This document shows, in pieces, positions 37,993 to 47,468 of a DNA stretch of 64,000 nt. Where the stretch lies: IMG/VR virus record IMGVR_UViG_3300034073_003340, positions 1 through 64,000 of that record; one strand, given 5' to 3'. Each line of letters starts with the position of its first letter. The first letter of the stretch is position 1. Under the pieces are notes generated by a model. That model worked only from the letters and a program-made list of their open reading frames with translations, was not told the DNA's origin and searched no databases. Both the position numbers and the translations under genes were made by a program.

Positions 37993-38364
37993 TTGGGCAC
38001 TACTACACTCAAGGATTATGGTCGCCATTCGGAACGGCACGGTGACATTCCTTTTTACTATGGCTTTCCGTTCCGCTTTTGGTTTGGCGAGCATCAGCTG
38101 GCACCCGAAGATGTCGAAACCTGGTGCCGTGAGAATTGTGTGGGCTTTTATAAGACCGTGAGCTACACGCATAAGTCGTCAGTTCGGGTCAAGGGACAGC
38201 CCAGCAAGTTCGACACCAAGGTCGTATATATCGACAAGATCTACCTCGCCGACGAGGCCGACGCAATGCGCGTCAAGCTTCAATTCGACGTTCGCAGCGA
38301 GGTCGTCAAGCGGCCGGAGCGCCTCAAGGCTCGGCGCAAAAAGCGCAAGGTCGTCAAGGCCTAA
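37993..38364 (+). CDS. Hypothetical protein with basic tail
   Basis: 123 aa, early promoter upstream, AAGGAG RBS, terminator downstream. Confidence 0.65.
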   Translation: MGTTTLKDYGRHSERHGDIPFYYGFPFRFWFGEHQLAPEDVETWCRENCVGFYKTVSYTHKSSVRVKGQPSKFDTKVVYIDKIYLADEADAMRVKLQFDVRSEVVKRPERLKARRKKRKVVKA

Positions 38365-38378
38365 TAGCACATATAAGG

Positions 38379-38414
38379 AAAAGGTCGGGTGAAATCAAAA
38401 CCCGACCTTTTTTC
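38379..38414. terminator. Bidirectional terminator
   Basis: AAAAGGTCGGGT / ACCCGACCTTTT stem with A and T tails. Confidence 0.8.
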
Positions 38415-38491
38415 TTATTTTGAGTATTGATCTTTTGGATCTTGCTCAGTATATAATGTTTTACCCATTGAACAACAAAAGGATATCGTTC

Positions 38492-38992
38492 ATGAAGACT
38501 ATCGTTCTCGCCGCCGTTGCGGCTCTGGCCGCAATGGCAACTCCTGCCGCAGCGCAGGATTTCACTGGTGCCCGTGTTGGTGCTACGGTGGGTTATGACA
38601 ACGTTCAGGGCGTCGAAGACGTCGCCTACAACGCCGTTGTCGGATATGACCTGGCCGTTGCTCCCCGCGTAACGCTGGGCGCAGAAGCTACCCTGGGTGA
38701 CTCGGAAGTTTCGACGGCCGGTGTGGCTGCTTCGCGCGACGTGGGTGTGTCGCTCCGTGCAGGTTACGTTCTGACCCCTCGCCTGCTGGCGTTCGGCAAG
38801 GTCGGCTACGCAACGACCCGCGTGGAAACTCTGGTGGGTAACACCAACTTCGAAGGCGTCCGTTTTGGCGGCGGTCTCGAAATGGCAGTGACCAAGGACC
38901 TCTATGTTTCGGCCGAATATGCTCGCACCGAGTATGAAGCCGGCATTGGTGGCCGTGACCAGGCTCTGATTGGTTTCGGCGTCCGCTTCTAA
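38492..38992 (+). CDS. Outer-membrane 8-stranded beta-barrel protein (Omp25/RopB/OmpA-TM-like)
   Basis: Signal peptide MKTIVLAAVAALAAMATPAAA, alternating beta strands and C-terminal GFGVRF beta signal. Confidence 0.88.
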   Translation: MKTIVLAAVAALAAMATPAAAQDFTGARVGATVGYDNVQGVEDVAYNAVVGYDLAVAPRVTLGAEATLGDSEVSTAGVAASRDVGVSLRAGYVLTPRLLAFGKVGYATTRVETLVGNTNFEGVRFGGGLEMAVTKDLYVSAEYARTEYEAGIGGRDQALIGFGVRF

Positions 38993-39007
38993 TCCAAGCG
39001 GTTTAAT

Positions 39008-39043
39008 AAATGGGCAGTCGGGCACAAATCCGACTGCCCATTT
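39008..39043 (+). terminator. Terminator after the OMP gene
   Basis: AAATGGGCAGTCGG / CCGACTGCCCATTT 14-bp stem. Confidence 0.75.
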
Positions 39044-39087
39044 CCATGAATATAGCATCTATATGAATATGGTGTTAACCAACAATA

Positions 39088-39636
39088 ATGATAACCTTAT
39101 TTCTTCTTGCCTGCGCTCTAGCAGCCGATGGCTTTGCTGTTTCAATTGCTCGCGGAGCAGCTAGTGATCATAGCTGGAAGAATGCTTTTGTTACTGGAAT
39201 AGCGTTTGGATTAACGCATGTTGCCATGATAGCGTTGGGCTGGTTTGTTGGTGATATCATATATGATTGGAAAGATGTTGCTCCTTGGATAGCCTGTGTG
39301 ATACTTTGCCTATTGGGCGGAAAAATGATCTTAGAGGGTTGCGACAACTCCAGTGAATGCGAAACTAATCAAGTTAGCAACAACAACGCATTTGCCCTCA
39401 TAGGGCTTCTGAGCGCGTCTCTGGCTACTAGTTTGGATGGCGCTGCCGCAGGTATTACCCTTCCTCTTATGGGTCTATCTTTTGCTTTAAATGCGATTGT
39501 TATAGGAGGAGTGACCACGTTACTCTGTGTTGCCGGATACCGAGCAGGAGCCCTCATAGGGGCTCGTTGGGGCAAATACGCAGAGTCTGCTGGTGGTGTT
39601 GTCCTTATAGTAATTGGGATGAACCTTATTCCTTGA
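39088..39636 (+). CDS. mntP: Manganese efflux pump MntP-like membrane protein
   Basis: Twin motifs ALAADGFAVS and ATSLDGAAAG, six hydrophobic segments, G-x-x-AE-x-x-GGVVLI-x-IG. Confidence 0.82.
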   Translation: MITLFLLACALAADGFAVSIARGAASDHSWKNAFVTGIAFGLTHVAMIALGWFVGDIIYDWKDVAPWIACVILCLLGGKMILEGCDNSSECETNQVSNNNAFALIGLLSASLATSLDGAAAGITLPLMGLSFALNAIVIGGVTTLLCVAGYRAGALIGARWGKYAESAGGVVLIVIGMNLIP

Positions 39637-39684
39637 CAAATAGGCCCAAGATATAGCAAATAAGCCACAAGCAAGGAGAAAACT

Positions 39685-40044
39685 ATGTTTGAGAAGACTC
39701 AGAAGGCAGTCAATGATCTTAGTTCGGCGCTTGCCGAAGACGCCACAAGTGCCTTAGCCGTTGCCAAAGCGACGGTTATTCCGGCGGTCAGTGGGCTGTT
39801 GAACAAGATCGCTAATGCGGCCAACACGGTAGCCCAGGGTGTTGAGGACGGTTCGCTGTTCAAGGCAGATCCTGACGACAATGACCTGGCAAAGGCACAC
39901 GACGGCGGCGGTTTCCCTGATCCACTTCCCACTGAAACCGAAAACAACGCCATCAAGATCCTACGGGCTCTCGGAAAGACTGACGAAGAGATCGCCCAGG
40001 CAGTTGGTGTTTCCCTGTTGACTGTAAAGATGTCCACCGAATAA
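39685..40044 (+). CDS. Hypothetical protein
   Basis: 119 aa with AAGGAG RBS. Confidence 0.65.
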   Translation: MFEKTQKAVNDLSSALAEDATSALAVAKATVIPAVSGLLNKIANAANTVAQGVEDGSLFKADPDDNDLAKAHDGGGFPDPLPTETENNAIKILRALGKTDEEIAQAVGVSLLTVKMSTE

Positions 40045-40052
40045 GTCAGTGG

Positions 40053-40090
40053 CAGAAAAGCCCGTTACGTTTCCGTAACGGGCTTTTCTG
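40053..40090. terminator. Bidirectional terminator between convergent units
   Basis: CAGAAAAGCCCGTTACG / CGTAACGGGCTTTTCTG. Confidence 0.85.
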
Positions 40091-40135
40091 TCCTTGAATT
40101 CCTTCAAGTGTGGGGGCCGAAGCCCCCAGCACCGA

Positions 40136-41359
40136 TTAGAGGAATTTCAGGTTGCCTGTGTTGATTCCAACCAGACCTAGGTAATCCGCAGCGTTACCCA
40201 GCGACGATGCGCTGTTGGTGAGCTCCAGGTAACCATAACGGGTCATGAACGAAACCACTGGCTCGAAAGTCTGTGGATCGATAACAACGCCCGAAGAGGT
40301 CAGTGGGACGTATGGGCAGTAGTATGCCGCAGCGTCGATTTCACCCTGGCCCTTGTAACCAACAAGAACAGGAGTGTCGTCCTGTGCGTACTGGTCAACG
40401 TAGACGCGCAGCGAGTTGTTCAGCGTACCAACATACTTGGTGTTGGTTGGTGCTTCAAACACGCCTTCGGTGGTGCGAGCGAACGCCGAAGTAGTAGCAG
40501 ACTGCAGGATGGTCAGAGCGGTTGGGCTCACAACAATCCAGTTAGCTGCGCCACGACGGGTGCGCTGTGCGATCAGGTTAGCCTGACGGTTGATCAGAAC
40601 CGAAAGAGCGGCGTGCTCGTCACCGACGAACGTTGCGGTGCCCGAAACGGAACCCTGATCGTAAATGGCAGTAGCAGCACCTGGAAGCATACGCAGCGAG
40701 TTCAGGATTTCCTGGTCGATTTCTGCGGTGATTTCCTGGGCTAGAGCAGCCATGATTTCAGCTTCAATGTCGATGCCCTGCTGAGCCTGTGCGTCCTGCT
40801 GAGCCTCGAAGGTCCAACGAGCGCTCAGACGACGGGTCTTAGCTTCGACGGTTTCCTTCAGGATCTGGATCGACAGACGGTTACCTGGGCGACCTTCAAG
40901 AGCTGCGGTTGAAGCAGCACGTGGGTTACCTGAGTTAGCTTCACCGTTACCCGAATATGCCTTAGCAATATCGAATGGGCTTAGTGCTTCTGCGCCAGCG
41001 GTCACACCAGCAGCGTTGTCCGCATAGCGAACGCGCAGAGTGTGGATCTGAGCAACAGGACCAGTCATTGGCTGAACACCAATGATTTCGTTAGCAATAA
41101 CGGTTGGCATAACGCGACGCAGAACTGGAAGGATAACCTTGTTCATTGTTGCGACGTTACCAGCAGCGGTGCCACCAGCGGACGCGGTTTCCATCAGAGG
41201 GTTACGACGCATTAGATCCTGGCGAGTGTTCTCAAGAACAGTCTCCATTACCTTCTGCTTGTTGGGGTTTGGCGAGCCATCCATGTTGACCTGCAGGTCG
41301 CGACCCTCGCAGAGAGCCTCCTTGGTAGCCTTCCAATTGCTTTCAAAAAGATTAGCCAT
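40136..41359 (-). CDS. Major capsid protein (T4 gp23-like)
   Basis: LP-x-LRRVMP-x-x-IANEI-x-GVQPMTGP, KTRRL-x-ARWT-x-EA-x-QD, EI-x-AEIDQE and FMTRYG. Confidence 0.97.
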   Translation of the reverse strand: MANLFESNWKATKEALCEGRDLQVNMDGSPNPNKQKVMETVLENTRQDLMRRNPLMETASAGGTAAGNVATMNKVILPVLRRVMPTVIANEIIGVQPMTGPVAQIHTLRVRYADNAAGVTAGAEALSPFDIAKAYSGNGEANSGNPRAASTAALEGRPGNRLSIQILKETVEAKTRRLSARWTFEAQQDAQAQQGIDIEAEIMAALAQEITAEIDQEILNSLRMLPGAATAIYDQGSVSGTATFVGDEHAALSVLINRQANLIAQRTRRGAANWIVVSPTALTILQSATTSAFARTTEGVFEAPTNTKYVGTLNNSLRVYVDQYAQDDTPVLVGYKGQGEIDAAAYYCPYVPLTSSGVVIDPQTFEPVVSFMTRYGYLELTNSASSLGNAADYLGLVGINTGNLKFL

Positions 41360-41373
41360 TGTAAAGATTCTCC

Positions 41374-42783
41374 TTATTCTTCAATTCCAGCCAGTCGGCG
41401 AAGCTCTGCAATTTCGGAAGTCGACTTTGCAGGGGCATCCTCCGCGCGGGCAGATTCAGCAAGTGGGTTGACGCGGTTGCCAGTTACGGCCACCGTCTTC
41501 TTAGGTTCGGCAGCAGTCTCAGACAGCGTGCGACGACCCTGGTTTGCGCTCCTCATGCCCTCGTTGAGGACAGTTGGAAGGTACTTTTGGAAGGCTTCTT
41601 TGAGCTTATCCGTTTTCACGGTATCAAGAAGTTCTTCCATCACGTTCCTCTTCTCCTTACTTAGTGGGGAGAGAAGTTCGTTCTTGATCTGAATTCGAGC
41701 AGCACGCTCTTCAGCTAGCTTGGCCTTGCGGGCGGCTAGCGTGATTTGCTCGTTCTTCTCGTTCAGAATCTGGTTAGCAGCTTCTAGCTGGCTCTTGCTT
41801 TCGTTAAGCTGCGCTTGTAGCTTACGAACTTCAGAACCTTCGCTGAGGTAGCTGGTCATGAACTCGGCCGAGAAAGCTTCAAACAGTCGGCGACCGAACA
41901 TATTGTTGCGGGCTTCCTGGATGTCTTCCTTGAGCTGGGTCAGTTCGCTGCGAATCTGAGCGTCGATGGTCGATTCAACTAGCTTGCTTGCGCGAGCAAT
42001 GAATGCCTTCTTGGTCTCATCTAGCTTTGCCTTAGACTCAGCAATCAAACGAACCTTGGCTTCAACAAGAGCATTCTTGTCTTCTTCCAGTTCCTTGATT
42101 TCCTTGTTCAGGTTTTCGAGAACAAAGTTCTCGAGTTTGTTAATACGGGCAGCGGTCTGCTCGTTCATCGAAATGCGGTGCTCACGAAGCTTCTTCGCAT
42201 CAGCGACGCGTTGCTCAGCAAGTGCCTTTTCCTGTGCCTTAACCGAGCCAATCTCTTCAGATAGCTTGGTCATGACAAACTGTTCGATGCGAGAAGTATG
42301 CTCGGCTAGCTTGGCATCATAAGAAGCCTTGGCTTCCGAGATTTCCTTTGCCAGCTTGACACGCTGTTCCTTCATTAGAGCGTGATCTTCTGCGATGCCC
42401 TTTAGCTCTTCAGCCAACTGGGACATAACAAACTGCTCAAGCATCTTAATATGCTCAGCAGTCTTAGCCTTGTAGGACGCACGAGCTTCCTTGATGGCCA
42501 CTGTTAGATTAGCGCGCTCTTCATTTAGTGCCTTGGTCGCAGCAACCGACTCAGCCGCATACTGCTTAACAGCATCGGTGAGCATGTTGTCCATTGCTTC
42601 AACAAGGTTTCCCTTGTCTGCTTCAAAGCGAACCGAAAACTCTTCGCGGACCTGTTCTTCAACTTCCTCACGGATAGAAGAACGGACCTCGTCAAGCTTT
42701 GCGTTCCAGGCTTCCTCGAGTGCGGTTTTAGTGTCTTCATTTAGAAGACCCGACTCCAGGAGTGAATTTAGTCCATTATCCAT
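41374..42783 (-). CDS. Prohead scaffold/core protein (T4 gp22-like)
   Basis: Long coiled coil between protease and capsid; GRRLFEAFSAEF and C-terminal LRRLAGI. Confidence 0.85.
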   Translation of the reverse strand: MDNGLNSLLESGLLNEDTKTALEEAWNAKLDEVRSSIREEVEEQVREEFSVRFEADKGNLVEAMDNMLTDAVKQYAAESVAATKALNEERANLTVAIKEARASYKAKTAEHIKMLEQFVMSQLAEELKGIAEDHALMKEQRVKLAKEISEAKASYDAKLAEHTSRIEQFVMTKLSEEIGSVKAQEKALAEQRVADAKKLREHRISMNEQTAARINKLENFVLENLNKEIKELEEDKNALVEAKVRLIAESKAKLDETKKAFIARASKLVESTIDAQIRSELTQLKEDIQEARNNMFGRRLFEAFSAEFMTSYLSEGSEVRKLQAQLNESKSQLEAANQILNEKNEQITLAARKAKLAEERAARIQIKNELLSPLSKEKRNVMEELLDTVKTDKLKEAFQKYLPTVLNEGMRSANQGRRTLSETAAEPKKTVAVTGNRVNPLAESARAEDAPAKSTSEIAELRRLAGIEE

Positions 42784-42794
42784 GAAACTTCTCC

Positions 42795-43433
42795 TTAGGC
42801 TTTGAGGTTGTGGATCCAGTTCAAGAGCTCCTTTGCGAGGTGCCCTTGTGCCTTTGGATCATGCTTCACGGCATGTGCCAGATCTTCAATGACCGCACCA
42901 CGACGACGCATGTTTAGCGCCTCGTAGACTGCCTTGGGGTAAGCCTCTGGAGCCGATGGACGTGCCACAATATCAACAGTAACAATTTCAAAATCTGAAA
43001 CGTTACCGTGATCGTCCACGTTACCGGAACCACGAGAACTAACACCAAGCTTCACACCATTCTCAAGAAGGGTGCGAACGATGTTGCCCATTGGAGTTGG
43101 GAGGATTTTCAGTTTACCCATACCATTTGGACCGTCCATATACATCTCGGTGATCATATGAGATACACGGTCGATATTGATGTTCAGTTCCTCAGGGTGA
43201 TCAGCTTCACCTAAAACACTCTCGCCTCTACGTAGGGTGTCATTGATACTATCAACAGCCATACGAATTTCGCTAACTGGATAGATTCTCTGGTTATGGT
43301 TCTTGGTACCGCCCTGGACGAAAATACCGCGCATAAACAAGTCCTTGGGCTTGCCATCTACGCCACTTGCGCCCTCTTCAACGACGCACTTGGCTTCGTC
43401 AAAGTTCATTCTTTCGGTGAGAACCAATGCCAT
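42795..43433 (-). CDS. Prohead protease (T4 gp21-like)
   Basis: N-x-N-x-RIYP, GEADHP, RVSH, LGVSSRG-x-G and DIVA-x-PSAP. Confidence 0.95.
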   Translation of the reverse strand: MALVLTERMNFDEAKCVVEEGASGVDGKPKDLFMRGIFVQGGTKNHNQRIYPVSEIRMAVDSINDTLRRGESVLGEADHPEELNINIDRVSHMITEMYMDGPNGMGKLKILPTPMGNIVRTLLENGVKLGVSSRGSGNVDDHGNVSDFEIVTVDIVARPSAPEAYPKAVYEALNMRRRGAVIEDLAHAVKHDPKAQGHLAKELLNWIHNLKA

Positions 43434-43438
43434 GTTGC

Positions 43439-44662
43439 TTACTTCCTCTTGAAGTCGGAACCGCGTAGATCAGTTGCCTGACCAATTGGGCTCTTTGGCG
43501 AATCGGAACCGAAACCATCCTTGGAGTTCAGCTTTGCCGACTTATCGCCTTCTTTGCTGACCTTTGTCTGGCCATCAGTTGCCTTCTTAACCTGATTCTT
43601 CAGTAGAGGACGTGCCTTGACTTCTGGAGCCGCTTCACGCTCATGACCTTCGTGATGATCGCTGTGGATTTCCACAGCCTTACCACCAACGCGGGCATCT
43701 GCGTCGTGCTCTGGAAGTGGGCTCTTGTCGTTAACAGCAACCTTCGCACCGTCAGCGCCAATTTCCTTACCACCGTTGAGGTTTGGATCCTTTACAGGCT
43801 CTAGAGTCCATGACTCTTCGAGATCAGCAAAATCGTCTTCCGACTCAGTTACTACTGATTCATCCATTTCGTCTTCAGACTTTTCAAAAGAGATAAGAGC
43901 TAACGCCTTGCCATCACTGGCGTATGCCTGTGCCCAAGCATCTCCTTTATCAACTCCTAGACTTGCTGCGATTTGTTCGATGTTAGGAACAACGTCAACG
44001 CCTGGGTTGTAACCCTCGTCATCGCCATCTTCATCCTCATCCTCATCACCGTCAACATCAGGAATGTCTTCACTGTAAGGGATAATAGCAACAACGAAGT
44101 GATAGTAATCACTTTCATCACTATCTATGAATACACCGTTAGATGCCTGGGCTTTTGCGTAGAACTCATCAAAGTCACCCTTGACGCGGTCTTCATAATC
44201 CCACTGGTCATCATCCATACTTTCGACAACTGGTGTTTCTTCACCTTCTTCGTCAGTACCGGTGATTTCAGCAAATTCTGCCTTGAGGCGAGCCATAACG
44301 GCTTCGAGATCCTCAATGGTATCTGCAATTGTTTCTTCAGCTGGAAGCTCTTCGCCACCAACCATGTCTGCGTCCATATCAGCTGGCAGTTCTTCACTGT
44401 CAGCTTCTAGATCCGCATCAGTCTCTTCGCCTTCAGCTTCTTCTTCGGCGTCATCGCCTTCAGCTTCGCTGTAAAACTCTTCAGACTCGATTGCTTCCTG
44501 GTCATCTTCGATGTCCTGGGAAAGCGAATTGTCCTCACTCATAAGCTCTTCGTGGATCTGCTTGCTGCGCTCCACAAACCACTCATGAAGGAGACCAGCT
44601 GCCTCGTTCTGCTCCTCATTGACGAGCATTTCGAGCACCTTATTCAGGTCAACTGTCTTCAT
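43439..44662 (-). CDS. Acidic prohead core-like protein, paralog 1
   Basis: A-x-x-LLHEWFVE N-terminus and shared C-terminus (RVGG-x-AVEI...KSA-x-LN...SPI) with the upstream paralog. Confidence 0.6.
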   Translation of the reverse strand: MKTVDLNKVLEMLVNEEQNEAAGLLHEWFVERSKQIHEELMSEDNSLSQDIEDDQEAIESEEFYSEAEGDDAEEEAEGEETDADLEADSEELPADMDADMVGGEELPAEETIADTIEDLEAVMARLKAEFAEITGTDEEGEETPVVESMDDDQWDYEDRVKGDFDEFYAKAQASNGVFIDSDESDYYHFVVAIIPYSEDIPDVDGDEDEDEDGDDEGYNPGVDVVPNIEQIAASLGVDKGDAWAQAYASDGKALALISFEKSEDEMDESVVTESEDDFADLEESWTLEPVKDPNLNGGKEIGADGAKVAVNDKSPLPEHDADARVGGKAVEIHSDHHEGHEREAAPEVKARPLLKNQVKKATDGQTKVSKEGDKSAKLNSKDGFGSDSPKSPIGQATDLRGSDFKRK

Positions 44663-44704
44663 AGTTGCTCTCCTTGTTACATTGAACATCGCGTGGCTCT
44701 GTTC

Positions 44705-44720
44705 ACCAAGTATTTAACCA
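44705..44720 (-). promoter_or_regulatory. Late promoter TAAATA (T4 TATAAATA-like; representative)
   Basis: TAAATA shortly upstream of many structural genes (around 1623, 6912, 7878, 10269, 12057, 18951, 23803, 44713, 49233, 51659). A gp55-like sigma is present. Confidence 0.75.
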
Positions 44721-44826
44721 AAGTGCTTCACAGCTAAGTGAAAAGGGTCAAAAACTTAGATTTTTGAGTATTTGATGTTCAGATTAGTATGGTAGGGGAT
44801 TTTCATCCCCTACCATTATTGTCTCT

Positions 44827-46290
44827 TTACTTTTTGAGACCCTTCGCACCCTTGCCACTAATTGGCGATTGGGTATTCACCGAACCATCCATCTTATTCA
44901 GAAGAGCCGACTTTTCGGTCTTGACCTTCTTTGGATCGTCCTTGGAATTCTGAATGTGGTGCTTGACTGGAGCATCCTTGACCTTTGGAGCCTTTTCAAG
45001 AGCATGACCCTTGTGGTCCTTGCTCTTGATCTCAACAGCTTCACCGCCTACTCGCTTGTCACCCTTCTTGGAAGGAAGGGTCGACTTGGTGTTCACTGGC
45101 ACTTTGCCTTCTTCACCAACTTGCGCTCCTTCAACATTCTGAAGCTTATCAGAAACGGCTTCCAGACCAGCAAAGCTTTCCTGTAGCTCAGCAATAAGAG
45201 ATTCAACAGTATTTGCCCTGGTGTCATTTCTCAGTGCGCGTTCAGCAGCGTTGCTTTCTCTATCGAACACTCTAGAGTGTTCCTCGTCAGATGAATTGTC
45301 TTTGGACGACTCTTTGATCTCATCTTCATCTTCATCTTCATCTTCATCGTCAAATTCTTCGTCGTCATCGTCACTATACGAATGCTCTTCTTCTATACTC
45401 TTTTCGATATGATCGAGCATTGCTTTTGCCAGAGGTATTTTGATTTCATCTGGCATTTCCGACGTTGGTAGATCATCATCGCCGTCGATTTCGTCACTAT
45501 CAGAAAGCTTCTTTAAAATTTCCTCTAGAGTGAGATCATCGTACATTTCAGAAAACAGAAGATTTACGAAATATCCTTCGACAATGCCAGTGTAACCAAC
45601 CATTACTCCGGCCGTTGGGTTACCATCCTGCTCTACTTCTAGATCTGGATAACCGTTTAGAGAATAAAGGTCGAATTCCTCATCGTTGGCATCTTTTTCT
45701 TCATATTGAAGAGCCGCTCTTTCCTTGCGAGCCTTGTTGGCAACCATGTCCAGACCAACAACTCTGCGACCTACTTTCTCAAGATCAGCACTTGGTTGAT
45801 CACGAAACTTGCGAGCTTTTTTCGCATATGCCATCTGAGTATCGCGAGAAAGTTCATCAACGCGAGCTTCATCCATGTCTTCAGACGGAGTGAAGATCAC
45901 ATAAGCAATAGAAATCTGCCTGTCTTCATCAGGCCAAATTCCACTGTCGTAAACCGCGTCTGGATCGATATCAGACATAAGTCGAGTCATAACCTCAGAA
46001 TGACCATCAAACACGCCTTCTTCGTATGGGACTTGCTCCCAAGAAGCTAGGGCAAGATCCCCATCTAGCTCAAACTCGGTCTCACCTGAAGTTTCACCAC
46101 TTTCAATCATCCCGCCAATCTCATCCAAGACGTCGAAAACCTCGTCTTCGGAATTTTCCATGATAGGATTAGTGATTGAATTGTGAACCTTTTTACCTTG
46201 CTCAACAAACCACTCATGTAGAGCAGCCTGGGCATCTTCCACGTTATCGCTGTTTAGCGATTCCATGATATCCATTAGAGTGATTTTCAT
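44827..46290 (-). CDS. Acidic prohead core-like protein, paralog 2
   Basis: Start MKITLMDIMES; ALHEWFVE; C-terminus homologous to 43439..44662. Confidence 0.6.
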   Translation of the reverse strand: MKITLMDIMESLNSDNVEDAQAALHEWFVEQGKKVHNSITNPIMENSEDEVFDVLDEIGGMIESGETSGETEFELDGDLALASWEQVPYEEGVFDGHSEVMTRLMSDIDPDAVYDSGIWPDEDRQISIAYVIFTPSEDMDEARVDELSRDTQMAYAKKARKFRDQPSADLEKVGRRVVGLDMVANKARKERAALQYEEKDANDEEFDLYSLNGYPDLEVEQDGNPTAGVMVGYTGIVEGYFVNLLFSEMYDDLTLEEILKKLSDSDEIDGDDDLPTSEMPDEIKIPLAKAMLDHIEKSIEEEHSYSDDDDEEFDDEDEDEDEDEIKESSKDNSSDEEHSRVFDRESNAAERALRNDTRANTVESLIAELQESFAGLEAVSDKLQNVEGAQVGEEGKVPVNTKSTLPSKKGDKRVGGEAVEIKSKDHKGHALEKAPKVKDAPVKHHIQNSKDDPKKVKTEKSALLNKMDGSVNTQSPISGKGAKGLKK

Positions 46291-46397
46291 TTTTTCTCCT
46301 TCGCGAAAGGAATCAGAGTCAAGGCTCTGATATTCTTTTGTATTTACCGTAATGACAAACACCTTTGATGTTTGACAGGTGATCCTCGGCTGCTAAT

Positions 46398-46868
46398 ATG
46401 ATATCAAAGGAGAAAAGCGTGACACCGATTGATACCAAGCTCATTGAAGGGGTTGAAACCTTCAAAGATTGCGCAGATCGTTCATTTCTGAATATTCTTC
46501 GGGGAATGGATCGAGATGATATTCAAGGCCAGGCAACAATTCGTTACCTAATTCAAATCAAGCATTGGCCTTTTACTCAAGACAGTGAGTTCGCTGAACT
46601 ACTGGAACATTTCTTTGGATCATATGTTGGACGTAAGTCTCTGCCTGCTGAGGAATATCAGAAGAAAACTTTTGATATGATCAAAGACGCTTGGAATTAT
46701 GAATGCGTTGTACCGGTTGTTGAGCCAAAGGAACCAATCGCAGATAAACCCAAAGCTGGCAAAAGAGCCGCAAAGCCCAAAATGGTAAGCGAAAATCATT
46801 TGGACGAAGAAGGAGAAAGTGGCTCAAAAACCTTCAAGTCGATCAATCAAGCCGCTTCTAGCACTTGA
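46398..46868 (+). CDS. Hypothetical protein
   Basis: 156 aa with early promoter at 46372-46399. Confidence 0.65.
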   Translation: MISKEKSVTPIDTKLIEGVETFKDCADRSFLNILRGMDRDDIQGQATIRYLIQIKHWPFTQDSEFAELLEHFFGSYVGRKSLPAEEYQKKTFDMIKDAWNYECVVPVVEPKEPIADKPKAGKRAAKPKMVSENHLDEEGESGSKTFKSINQAASST

Positions 46869-46910
46869 TCTAGAAACAAATAATCTAGAATAGGTGTAGG
46901 GAGTTTTTGA

Positions 46911-47198
46911 ATGCAGAGCGAAAAGATCAAGACCATTGTTGCCCAAGTCAAGGCATTGTCTCGAGGAGAGGAAGATGCCGAGAATGTAATGGTAGCAATG
47001 TTAAGAGACATGGCCAAATCACCAACATTTGCTGTTGCGATCATCCATCGTCTAAAAGATGAGGGTATAGATCTGTTAGACCATGACGGCGAAGCCGCAG
47101 AAGCATTCAAGGCCAAATTTAGACCACAAATGGAAAAACTGGGTGAGCGAGAACTCACCCAGATCAAAAAGATTTCAGGAAAATTATTTCAAGAATAG
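46911..47198 (+). CDS. Hypothetical protein
   Basis: 95 aa with GGAG RBS. Confidence 0.65.
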   Translation: MQSEKIKTIVAQVKALSRGEEDAENVMVAMLRDMAKSPTFAVAIIHRLKDEGIDLLDHDGEAAEAFKAKFRPQMEKLGERELTQIKKISGKLFQE

Positions 47199-47201
47199 TG
47201 T

Positions 47202-47468
47202 TTATTCTTCTCCGGCATTGACACCGTTCAGACCATACATGATACCAAGCAGTTCCTGCTTACGTGTCATTTCAAGATTTTTAGTGGACCGGATCTTTTT
47301 AAGACGATTGATCATCTTCAAAGTAAGCTTTGGCTTTCTAGTCGCCTCAATGTCTGGTCCACTGATTTCATCTTCTTCAGGACTATAGCGTGAATTAGAT
47401 TCTTGGTCTCTGACCGTTTCAACCCTTTGGGCATCTTCAGTTATCTTTGAAAATTCACGATATCTCAT
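47202..47468 (-). CDS. Small conserved protein downstream of portal
   Basis: TRKPKLTL-x-x-IN-x-L-x-K-x-R...MYG; overlaps the portal stop. Confidence 0.7.
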   Translation of the reverse strand: MRYREFSKITEDAQRVETVRDQESNSRYSPEEDEISGPDIEATRKPKLTLKMINRLKKIRSTKNLEMTRKQELLGIMYGLNGVNAGEE

